Assembly (NCBI RefSeq): GCF_902713615.1
Contig: NC_052154.1
Coordinates: 80,517,072-80,581,071 of the forward strand
Direction of reading: 5' to 3'
Source: Scyliorhinus canicula
Lineage: Eukaryota
Length of the DNA: 64,000 nt
How positions within the stretch are numbered: position 1 is the first letter of the stretch; every line of letters begins with the position of its first letter. The position numbers were made by a program, and so were the translations under genes. Below are positions 11,816 through 23,032 of this stretch, in pieces. Below the pieces are notes generated by a model. The model saw nothing but the letters and a program-made list of their open reading frames with translations, had not been told where the DNA came from and did not search any database.

Positions 11816-12522
11816 CTTCAATCGAGAAAAATAACACAATTTAAATGTTATTTTTCTACCTCTGTTATGTTACATTCCTAATGTGACAATAATTATCCGT
11901 GCCATCTTTTTTCTTTAACCTCATGTTTGCAATTATATTAGAAATAATTTCATGGCGTACAAAAATTGTTTGGGTGTATTGCCAAAGGAACACAGGGAGG
12001 ATAAATCTCCCAGAGCTGGCGACAATGGGTAAATCACGGATCACTGTTCCGGCTGGAAGGTCAGCTTCTGGAATGGGAGCGTTTTTTGCTGAGAAGACCC
12101 AAGTGAGATTCCTTGTCCCAATCCATGGGAGGGAGCGTAAACAAGTCACGAACAACAAAATCCCTCACGTTTTCTCTCAGAATTGTGGCCGAACTAAACA
12201 TTCATTTTTAAAAATCCATTGTCCAAATAATTCATATGTTGCTGAACATATTTTGTTTTTTACATTTAATATTGAAAACAGGTGCGTAATTGAGTTATAC
12301 CCAATGTCTATAAAGTTTCCACACTCGATGTTACTACGTGTATAGATTAAAATCCGTGCATTAACAATGATTAAACAACATTTCTATGGTGGGTGTTTCC
12401 GATCGTGCAGCCTTTACAAAAGTTACTTTCCCCAGAGGGGGATTTGAGGCCTGAAACATATTTCTCAACAGGACAGGGCTTTATTACTAATTATATATGG
12501 GAGAGTAGATCACAACTTCCAT

Positions 12523-12775
12523 GTGGGTAGCACAGTGGTTAGCACTGTTGCTTCACAGTGCCAGGGTCCCAGGTTCGATTCCCGCTTGGGTCACTGTCTG
12601 TGCCGAGTCTGCACATTCTCCCGAGTCTGCATGGGTTTCCACCGGTTTGCTCCCGTATGTGAATTGGACATTCTGAATTCTCCCTCCGCGTACGCGAACA
12701 GGCGCTGGAATGTGGCGACTGGGGGATTTTCACAGTAACTTCATTGCAGTGTTAATGTGACAATAAAGATTCTTA
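12523..12775 (+). mobile_element. tRNA-derived SINE: HE1-like head and core with a second-family tail
   Basis: HE1 head and core, then GGAATGTGGCGACT.GGGG.TTTTCACAGTAACTTCATTGCAGTGTTAATG...ACAATAAAGATT. The same layout is on the minus strand at 46160-46395. Confidence 0.8.
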
Positions 12776-14345
12776 TTATGCATAGTGAAATCAAATACAT
12801 AATCTTCACTGCATATGTTATGTAATCCCAGGGATTTTGCCCTTCTACAATTTCATTGAGTATGTTGGGCATGGCTTGCCTGGAGAATCTTCTCTCATTT
12901 TTGATATTCCATTGCTCCACAGTCACCGTTTAACTGGAAAAATACTTAATTAGGTTTGCATTATTTTGTTGTTCATTTCAAATCGCTCAACATAGTTTCT
13001 TCATACATTTACATTTCTAAATTCTCGTAAAAGAGAATTATTAAATTAGAAACATTATTAACTTTCATGATTATGTCAGTCTATATTTCCAGCAAAGACT
13101 CAGAATTCCTCTATTATTTTCCAATGGATCTACTTTACGTTTAATATAACATGCGACAGAATCCCCCCTTGGCAGAAAGAAGCTTTCTCTCGGTCCCCTG
13201 CCCTAACCTTCTTCTGAGCATGGAGAGTGTAGAGGGAGATCATAAATTACAAATACTGGAGCCCAGGCGTTTATAGAAATGTTCGGTGATATCCAGCCTT
13301 CACTTCAGCAGTTGTGAATGAAACAGGGATAGTCCCATTGGTGTACCCCAGAGGTTCAAACTGTCCTGCGAGCTCTCGGATTGTGGTTGAATCCAGAATT
13401 GAGGGCAGGATCAACATCTCCCCTCTGACTGGGTTGTAGGATTCCTTTGTGGAAAGAGCTCGGAATTTCATACAAGTTATTAATGGACACAAATACAAAG
13501 TATAAAGTGCGGACATAGGGGCAGGGGAGATTTCGGCCGCTCCAGCCGGCTCTGCCTTCATTTAGATTATGCCTGATCTCTACCTTATCTCCATTTGTCC
13601 CATTTCGGTCCATTCTCCCGATACCCACGATTTATTTCCCTTGATTTCCATCTCAAATTTCTAACAGTTCGGCATAGAATTAATCGATTGGCAGTTTTCA
13701 GCAGGGGCCTAAAAGTAATCTTGTGTGTGGAATATTAATGTCAGGAAGTAAGAGGAGTTTCCGCTTGAATGTATACTGAAGGCACTTCATTGGGGCGGAT
13801 TGGTCTTTAACGCTGTATAAAGGAGTTTATTTAGGAGGTGTTCAAATTGTTCTGATTAAAGGTCGCAGATCTGAAGCCTTGACTCTGCCCATATGTGTTC
13901 ATAGATCCCTTGAGTCATTTTCCTGTTTAAATTATTTCAGTATATGCAATATTTTGCTTTTGTATTAAAATTGTCCCCAGTGTCGCACTTTGGCGCCATT
14001 ATTTTGCTGAGCGTGAAGCGAGCTATCTTATCCCATTGACTAACCAGAAGCAAGATTTAAGCAGTTATGCCGTTTCTTCTACCTTGGCTCAATCAGAATT
14101 GCAACCTCACTAAAAGCACTAATTGGATGAAATGTCACGAGGACGAGGAGTGGGTGAAATTGATCTTGGGCCTGAGCGCAAAACGAGCGATAAGGGATCG
14201 ACGACCGTTGAACGTCAAGGTCAATGGAAAAGAAAATTCCTCAAAGCGTAAAACAAACCGATTCCGCCAGATTTTCAACTAGTAATAAGTTAAAATTACA
14301 TAACTCGCACAAAGCCGGAAAGCGCCCTGGAACAATTACACTTAC

Positions 14346-14651
14346 CAAACACAGTGAGCTGGGAGCCACCTCCATCCCCAATCTTGACCTGTTGATGTTT
14401 GACTTTACAATAATACATTCCGGAGTCTGTAATACTCGCATTTAGAATTTCTAATGTACTCCGTCCCTTCTTTGGACTAAATCTCTTCCTGTCGTCTGGT
14501 TCCAGCAAAGATTCAGCGCCGCGTTTCCACCAAGAAACTTCAGGAGCATCTCCATATATGGTAAACGCGCAGAACATGGAAACATTGTCACCCCTGGCTA
14601 CCGTCAGGAGTTTAGGGAACTGTTCCACTTTGTTCGAAGTTACTTTGGCGG
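14346..14651 (-). CDS. IgSF receptor gene 1, V-set domain with germline-joined J-like G strand
   Basis: Acceptor ttcctag, donor G|gtaag. 306 nt, phase 1/1. Sequence KVEQFPK...GDNVSMFC...VSWW...STLEILNASITDSGMYYC...GDGGGSQLTVF has the canonical C-W-C, DSGxYYC and GxGS/TxLTV J motif in a single exon. Confidence 0.95.
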
Positions 14652-14859
14652 CTAGGAAATAAGTAGAAAAGGATGTGGACAACAACTGCATACGTCAGAG
14701 AAGTAAAATAACTAAATGGAGGAAAATTCAAAAACAATGAAGAAACACCAGCAGTGGAATTTGAGAACGGCAGCATCTATTTTTACAATGTATACAGTTG
14801 CAGATGTAAAATACCATTTAAGCTATTCTAAATCGGCAACATATAACAACTCAACATAC

Positions 14860-14914
14860 CTGACCAAATCAGGCCCAGAAGAGCCATATACTGAGCTGTA
14901 ACTCTGATCGACAT
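14860..14914 (-). CDS. IgSF receptor gene 1, leader (signal peptide) exon
   Basis: ATG at 14914-14912 encodes MSIRVTAQYMALLGLIWS, followed by G|gtatgt (phase 1). It joins the V exon in frame. The five exons total 807 nt (269 codons) without a stop. Confidence 0.85.
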
Positions 14915-16347
14915 GCTGTAAATGGAAAGGAAAAATGGTACGTGCTGTACAGGAGGATGTATCCTGAATGGTTTGGGCAGGAAATGGACCTCTGAGATAA
15001 ATATATGAAACGGGGAGATCTTGACATGAGATATCACATGACTGAAAGAGCGTATTGGGTCCAGTTGTATTTCTGTATGAGAGTGTGCGAAGTAGGAGGT
15101 CCCTTCCCAACTGCCGGCTGAAAGATTTCCACCCAAGAGTAATATTTTTTCAGCACCCCCCCGGGCACTTAGCCTTGGAAATATCGATTCAGGATGCAGG
15201 CGCGGGCGGTCCTCCCAAACCTTATCTAAAGGTTTCTTCTTCATGTAGGCAAATGCTTCGGAGCTCAGAGCCCCATCTGAATCAGCCTCCAAGAACATGG
15301 ACACCGAGCAGAACTAATCGGGAAAATAATTTGGATTAATTAATATGTAAAACTCCAGAGTTGGCTAGGGCAATTTTACTTTTGCACAAACCAGGGTAAC
15401 ATTTTGAACCTCTATCCACGTGGTTCAACGTTATACTTATTAATCCAGGAGACCTGGAATTCAACAAGGAATATTGATGAAACTCTTTGACGACTAGCGC
15501 AGATGGAACTGTGAGGAGAAACGAACCAGACCGGCCTCATTTAGCTGATTGCAAAGAGAATGCGGATTTAAATGGACCAGTTATTCACTGCGTTCAACTT
15601 GTTTCAGTTGGCAGTTTCGAAATTTGTTGTGTCGAGTTTGTTGATCTGAAATTGGGGGGTGAAAGTCATTCAGGAATCTTCCTCCAAGCTTCCTCCAAGC
15701 TATCGGCCCTTTGATCTTCGTAACTCGCCACGGTTCCTTAGACAGTACCTCCCAAATCCACGACCACTACAATCTCGAAGGACAAGAGCAGCAGATACCT
15801 GGGAAGCCCACCACCTGGAGGTTTCTCTCAAGTCACTCACCACCCTGACTTGTAAATAAATCGCCATTTCTTCACTATCACTGGGGCAAATCCTGGAGTC
15901 CCTGCCCTAACAATACAGTGGGTGTACCCAGTGGCGGACTGGGTCTAAAAATATTGGTTGCCAGGAGACAAAGGGGGCCCACCCATAACTACAATGCTAT
16001 CATTTAATTTTCATAACGAATAATAAAATTTTCAAAAAATACATATGGAAAAAAGGGTACAATTAAAATTTTTGTGGAAAAAATGTATATTTCTTAGTAA
16101 TTACAGTGTACATGTACTGTACATATTACTGGCAGTGAATACCAAATGTAAATACAGAATGTTATAATTGAATTTTTTATTTATTTTTTTAATTTTAAGT
16201 AATTGGTTGATATTTTTAAATAGTTTACTGCACAGTTTACACATTAACAGATAGTTCAAAAGCACAATAGAGCATTGCATGCAGTCAACTACATTAATAC
16301 CAATCGTTTACCAATTGTAAAAGTTTTTACAAATATATAAGACAAAA

Positions 16348-18193
16348 AAGAGTGGCTAAGGTAAATATTGGTCCTTTAGAGGATGAGAAGGGAGTTTTAA
16401 TAAGGGGAAATGAGGAAATGGCTGAGGAACTGAACAGGTTTTTTGGGTCGGTCTTCACAGTGGAAGACACAAATAACATGCCAGCGACTGATAGAAATGA
16501 GGCTATGACAGGTGAGGACCTTGAGAGGATTGTTATCACTAAGGAGGGAGTGATGGGCAAGCTAATGGGGCTAAAGGTAGACAAGTCTCCTGGCCCCCTG
16601 GCCCTGATGGAATGCATCCCAGAGTGCTAAAAGAGATGGCTAGGGAAATTGCAGATGCACTAGTGATAATTTACCGAAATTCACTAGACTCTGGGGTGGT
16701 CCCGGTGGATTGGAAATTAGCAAACGTGACGCCACTGTTTAAAAAAGGAGGTAGGCAGAAAGCAGGAAATTATAGGCCAGTGAGCTTAACTTCGGTAGTA
16801 GGGAAGATGCTGGAATCTATCATCAAGGAAGAAATTGCGAGGCATCTGGAAAGAAATTGTCCCATTGGGCAGACGCAGCATGGGTTCGTAAAAGGCAGGT
16901 CATGCCTAACTAATTTAGTGGAATTTTTTGAGGACATTACCAGTGCAGTAGATAACGGGGAGCCGATGGATGTGGTATATCTGGATTTCCAGAAAGCCTT
17001 TGACAAGGTGCCACACAAAAGGTTGCTGCATAAGATAAAGATGCATGGCATTAAGGGTAAAGTAGTAGCATGGATAGAGGATTAGTTAATTAATAGAAAG
17101 CAAAGAGTTGGGATAAATGGGTGTTTCTCTGGTTGGCAATCAGTAGCTAGTGGTGTCCCTCAGGGATCCGTGTTGGGCCCACAATTGTTCACAATTTACA
17201 TAGATGATTTGGAGTTGGGGACCAAGGGCAATGTGTCCAAGTTTGCAGATGACACTAAGATGAGTGGTAAAGCGAAAAGTGCAGGGGATACTGGAAGTCT
17301 GCAGAGGGATTTGGATAGGTTAAGTGAATGGGCTCGGGTCTGGCAGATGGAATACAATGTTGACAAATGTGAGGTTATCCATTTTGGTAGGAATAACAGC
17401 AAACGGGATTATTATTTAAACGATAAAATATTAAAGCATGCCACTGTTCAGAGAGACTTGGGTGTTCTAGTGCATGAGTCACAGAAGGTTGGTTTACAAG
17501 TGCAACAGGTGATTAAGAAGGCAAATGGAATTTTGTCCTTCATTGCTAGAGGGATGGAGTTTAAGACTAGGGAGGTTATGTTGCAATTGTATAAGGTGTT
17601 AGTGCGGCCACACCTGGAGTATTGTGTTCAGTTTTGGTCTCCTTACTTGAGAAAGGACGTACTGGTGCTGAAGGGTGTGCAGAGGAGATTCACTAGGTTA
17701 ATCCCAGAGCTGAAGGGGTTGGATTATGAGGAGAGGTTGAGTAGACTGGGACTGTACTCGTTGGAATTTAGAAGGATGAGGGGGGATCTTATAGAAACAT
17801 TTAAAATTATGAAGGGAATAGATAGGATAGATGCGGGCAGGTTGTTTTCACTGGCGGGTGACAGCAGAACTAGGGGACATAGCCTCAAAATAAGGGGAAG
17901 TAGATTTAGGACTGAGTTTAGGAGGAACTTCTTCACCCAAAGGGTTGTGAATCTATGGAATTCCTTGCCCAGTGAAGCAGTTGAGGCTCCTTCATTACAT
18001 GTTTTTAAGGTAAAGATATATAGTTTTTTGAAGAATAAAGGGATTAAGGGTTATGGTGTTCGGGCCGGAAAGTGGAGCTGAGTCCACAAAAGATCAGCCA
18101 TGATCTAATTGAATGGCGGAGCAGGCTCGAGGGGCCAGATGGCCTACTTCTGCTCCTAGTTCTTATGTTCTTATGTTCTTATGTTCTTATGTT
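16348..18193 (+). mobile_element. Young 5'-truncated CR1 LINE nested in the hAT
   Basis: RT motifs NYRPVSLTS, QHGFVKGRSCLTNL, YLDFQKAFDKVPH, GVPQGSVLGP and FADDTK. One TAG (WIED*) plus a small frameshift near 16600. 3' tail is (TTCTTATG)n. Confidence 0.95.
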
Positions 18194-18199
18194 TGTGTT

Positions 18200-20973
18200 C
18201 GCTAGATGATTGTGCGAATCTGCCAATAATTGCTTCTACATCCAATTCATCTAACAATCCTTTTCAATGGATAGCAACATGTATGATTCCAAATTCTCCT
18301 CAGACAGCGATTTTCTTAACCTTGTCTTTATGATCTTTAGCTTTGAAAATGTCCTCTCACATTCGACTCGAGTAACTGATAATGTGCAGATGACTTTAGA
18401 AAGTTCATAAAGGTTATCATATGCCTTGTCATGAAGTCTGTTGGATGCCAGAATTTTTAGTACACACGATGGACAAGTGCTGCAAATTTTACAATTGTTG
18501 CAACTGGAATCCATATTCTCACCATCATTAAGCAATAGCTTTAATACATCAAAGTTTGAAGCAAAAGAAAAAATTCCAATATTACTTGATCTTTGCTGAT
18601 TTGTGGAAACAGCTTAATAATACCTTCCAATGCTTCATCTTCAAGGCCCTTCTCTGCAATAGTTTTAAACTTTGCTGGGTCCAAGCAGGACAAATCTTTA
18701 TACAACTGTTTGTGTTGTACAAAGCGTGATTCTAGTGACTGGACAATGCGATCCATTATTAGGTTAAACACATTTACTCGAAAATCAGCTAGAGAATCTG
18801 AGGAATTTCTTTCATCATCAATAAGCTCATCTGCCATTCTTTTCTTCTTCCTCTGCCTCTTAACTGGCAATGCTGTTTCCAACGCATCAATGTCCAATGT
18901 TTGATTTTCATCCATATTCATCTGTGAAATCCTGTCATTACATTTATTTACAAATTCCAAAGCCTTGCTGTGAACGTTATCAAATGTTCTTGTCTGTTCC
19001 TTCAACTTGTTGTAGCTGAATCTACGAAACTCCATGCAGTAAACATATCTAAACCACTTGTCTGTAGATAACTTGATAACGGGGTTGTAGTTTCAAATAT
19101 ATACAAGTAAGTAAATGCTGTCAATATGGTTTCAAACTTTAGTAGACTTTGAAGTAAAACATTTGCTTCATGTTTTGTTTTTGCATCAAACTTTTCTGAA
19201 TCTTGTATAATTGATAAGCATGTCAATAGATTTACGAAAGTACTGGCAGTGGCATCATCAAAACGTCCAAATATAGTTGTTGCTGCATTGGATTTTCCCG
19301 ACCATCTGGTCTCACCAATTAGCCTAGATGTTTTCCAACAACTTCTCTCCATACAGCCATTCTCTTGTATGATGCTTTCACAAAAATTGCTATATTCTGG
19401 AGCAAATTGAAAAAAGAAACTGCAGGCACACAACATTTTGTTGTTTCAGTTATCACCAAAGTCAAGACATGGGCACAGCACCGTATATGAACATGTTGAT
19501 CAGCCACATCAGCTATTTTACTTTGTGAACCATTATACTGGCCATGGTAGCTTGCAGTGCCATCTGTGCTATCAGATAAACATTTTTGGGGTCAATTTTA
19601 AGATGCTGTAATGTTTCAATCAATAGATCAAAAAGTCCCTGTCCTGTACCATCATTATTTGGCACAACTGAAAGTAGTCGCTCACAGATAATACCTTTAA
19701 GCACATACCGAATAATAACGCTAAACTGATCGATGGATGAATTATCTTGTGTTGAATCAACCTGAATAGAATAATATTTTGCTTGAGAAACTTCATGACT
19801 AATTCTTTCTTGCATCATATTCTTCATAATTTTGATTAACATGTTTATAGTTGTTTTACTCAGGTATGTAACAAGTCCACCACGGCCTTTACTTTGAGCC
19901 TTTCCTTGTTGCGCTAATCGTTTGATTCTTTGTTTAGACTTGTTTTGCACTGCAGAAACGTGAGCTGCCATAATGGGGTCATATTTTGCCATCAACTGCA
20001 CTGTAGCTAAAAAATTGCCATGATTCAGAAGCTCATCATCTAGAGTGTAGGCCGATTCATTTCTGTGACCTCGAAAAGGAAGTGCTTGCTTGCCTAACAT
20101 CTTTATGATGCCTTTAATCCTCATGACAATACTTCTCTGCTTCAATACTTCTTCTTTCCTTTTAATTAGTGATGCTGCAAAAAATTTATCTAAGGTGCCA
20201 TCATTAACCACACTGATATATTGCTGAGCATTTCTGATACGTGTTGTTGTCGATTCATGTAAAGTCAAGCTCTGGCTAATACGCCTGTAGTCACTAAAGC
20301 CACGTACAAAGGGTGATGGATTACAAGTGTTGGGAAACTCAAAAGCTAAGCAGTATGAACAATATAAGCATCTATTTTCTTTGTTATATGTTAGCCATTT
20401 TCTTGGGACTGAGTCATTCAAAATTTTCCTCTCATACAAACAAGCATCAAATGGCAGATCATCAAGTGGATGTTCAGCAAAAAACTGTTTTAGCTTTGCT
20501 CGTGATGGATATCGGAAGATTCCAGTAATTGATCTTTCATTTTCTTGCATAGGTTCATTTACAGGATGTGCTTCAGAAACCAAGTCATTTATGCTTGAAG
20601 GAATATCTGATTCCCTGTCACTAGTTGAAGCTATGTGTTCAGATGTTGCAACTACAGGCAGTACAGATACCGGAACAAGGAAGCCGGAAGAAATATTGGG
20701 CCTGGGTTGATTAGTAATGGATGCACTTGTATTTGTCTCTACATTCAAGGTAGCTCTTCTCTGTTCTTGTAACTCGCATGTCATTGCATCATCACCATGA
20801 GCATTGTTTCTTGCTTCTTGATTATTTGTTGCAGAACTGGATATTGATGTGGATTGTGCTTGTGGTATTATAAACTCTGTAATAGGCCTGCATCGCTTGG
20901 CTGATTCCTTCCTTTCTGCTTCTTTTTGTCCTTTGCGTTTTAGTGACCCAGATTTATGGTTTTTCTTTTCCAT
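18200..20973 (-). pseudogene. hAT transposase, broken by frameshifts
   Basis: Consecutive ORFs 19513-20973, 19319-19507, 19002-19436, 18541-19035 and 18251-18535 contain LAFRGH-like (LPFRGHRNES), YYSIQVDSTQD, HIRCCAHVLTL, ETRW and the hATC dimerization motif CERTFSKLKIIKTRLRKSL. Confidence 0.9.
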
Positions 20974-23032
20974 GCTGGTAGGGGTAATATTCCTGAAATA
21001 AAAACTTAATTAAAAATAGCCCATATTGGGAAAAATGAATATTGATGATTGCAAGAATAACTTGAAGGAACGCCAGATAAACCCCTACTTGATAAAAAAT
21101 ATAAAATAACTTACTTACACTTCAATAGGCTATGTTCATTAGTCAATACTACTGTGGCCTATGCAGCTTCAGAAGAGGAGACAATCCACTGTCCAGTGTT
21201 CACACCAGCAAGCAACTGAGACAACTGTTGAAACTTAGAAGTTTGGTCCGACTATAGTAAGACATTAAGAATGGTCCCACGACCAAAGTTAACATGTCCA
21301 GTTTGATACCAGTGCAGTGTTACAAGTCGCAACCCTTTGAGTTTACCAATCATGGCTTATCACTTCAATATCTTTGACCTCATGATTCACGGTCAAAGGT
21401 ACCACTTCTCCTTTTCGGTGACCTCACGACCCTATGTACTGCTTGATATCCTTTCAAGTTGCCGACCATCTCAAATCACGAACTGTAACTTTATCTTTAA
21501 ATTCACACAATCTTGCTGAAAACGTGGATTTCCAACTATGTCCGACCCGGGTGAACCAGCTCCCCCCCCCACCCCCCCCCCCCCCCCACTCCTTTTCACA
21601 TCCGTTTAACACTGCTTCGTTCCTTCATACACTGAGTGATTATTTGTTTGTTTCTCTATTGCATTTTTATTTGGTATTGCTCTTTTTAAAAACAATTATA
21701 TCTTATTAAGTTAGAATACAAATCTCAGGAAAGAAGTTGGAGATTTATTTATCTAATTAATTATAATTTTTAAGGGCCCTTCAGAGATTCACGGGCCCCT
21801 TCTTGGCTTTCCGGGCCCCGGACCGGCTGAACCAAGACTACTGCTTGATATTCTTTGAAGTTGCCGACCATCATAAATCACGAATTGTAACTTTATCTTT
21901 AAATTCACACACTCTTGCTGAAAACATGGAATTTCCTTAATTATGCCCGACCCGGGTACCCCTATTCCACATCCTTCCACTACCTCCCCGCTTCGTTCCT
22001 TTTCATGCACTGCTTATTTGTGTCCTGTTCTCTTTTTTTTCTTATTCCTTTTTATTACTAAAACAGTTGTCTGTGGTTGTTTCTTTATTGCATTTTTATT
22101 TGATATAGGGGGCCCACTTCATCAGGGGCCCACTTGCCATCGGGCAAGCTGACACCCTGGCCAGTCCGCCACTGGGTGTACCTACAGCTCAGGGACTGCA
22201 TCAGTTTAAGGAGGCAACTCATCAGCACCTTCTGAAGGGCAACTAGGGGTGGGCAATAAATGCTGGCCTAACCAGTGATGCCCTAATTCCGTAAATGAAT
22301 TTTATAAATAGCCAGACAAGGCTACCCAAATATCAAAAGCTTCAGCTTCATTTGCCAATAGCCTTAAATCTTGGCCCTCTGGTTAGCAACCCTTCTGCTA
22401 CTATAAGCAGTTTCTCCTCAATTACCCAATCAAAACTTATCATAATTGTGAACGCAGCTCTCAACTCGCCTCTTTACCTTCTCGATTCTAAGTAGAAGAA
22501 CGTCAACCTCTCCAGTCTCTCTGCCCTCGGTCTCGTTACCATTCCTGTAAATCTTTGCTGTGCCCTGTTTACGTCGTTCACAATGTTCAGAGCTGAACGT
22601 ACCACTCCAGGATGAGGTTGAACTAGAACTCCCTAAATGTTTAGCATACCTTGATCGTCATATGCTCTCTGTTTTATTTGTCCTGTTACATTCAAGCACC
22701 CTCCAGACCATTACTTGCATTGAAATCTCAATTCTATTTGCAATCAATCAAATGCTATTCTCTCCTTTTCTTTTTTTTCCCATTGGTTGTGAACATTGCT
22801 GGCATGGCCAGAAGTGTTGTCCATCCCCAATTGCCCTTGAGAAAATTATGGCGAGCCTCATATTTCCATCTTTAGCTAGGTTAGCAAAAGTGGCAGGGCT
22901 TGAGCACAGGAGTGGGTGCTCTAATACAAGAACTAATTAGGGTTATAGTGCTGGAAATTATGCTATTAAAGAGTACTCACACTACTGCGGTGACAGATTG
23001 ATTGGTAAAGAATTATTACCTGTCTCAATTGT

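Larger units (their letters stand above)
15929..22174 (-). mobile_element. Complete hAT-superfamily DNA transposon (ZMYM1-like transposase)
   Basis: Perfect 14-bp TIRs CAGTGGCGGACTGG (15929-15942) and CCAGTCCGCCACTG (22161-22174). 8-bp TSD GGTGTACC at 15921-15928 and 22175-22182. Confidence 0.95.
15720..22290 (+). repeat. LINE-derived 3' tail repeat split by the hAT insertion (15720-15928 and 22175-22290)
   Basis: Sequence is continuous across the TSD: ...CAATACAGTG[GGTGTACC]TACAGCTCAGGGACTGCATCAGTTTAAGGAGGC...GGGCAATAAATGCTGGCC. Confidence 0.65.

Noticed and set aside
11865-12345. ORFs on both strands just upstream of the C1 exon
   Set aside because: The DGTDNYC segment is out of register for an Ig F strand, and there is no donor.
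13271-13628. Two overlapping ORFs in the gene 1 V-C1 intron
   Set aside because: No domain motif or splice signals recognised.
14350-14356. Perfect CACAGTG heptamer at the end of the gene 1 V exon
   Set aside because: It is simply the reverse complement of the codons for the J-like L-T-V, and has no nonamer.
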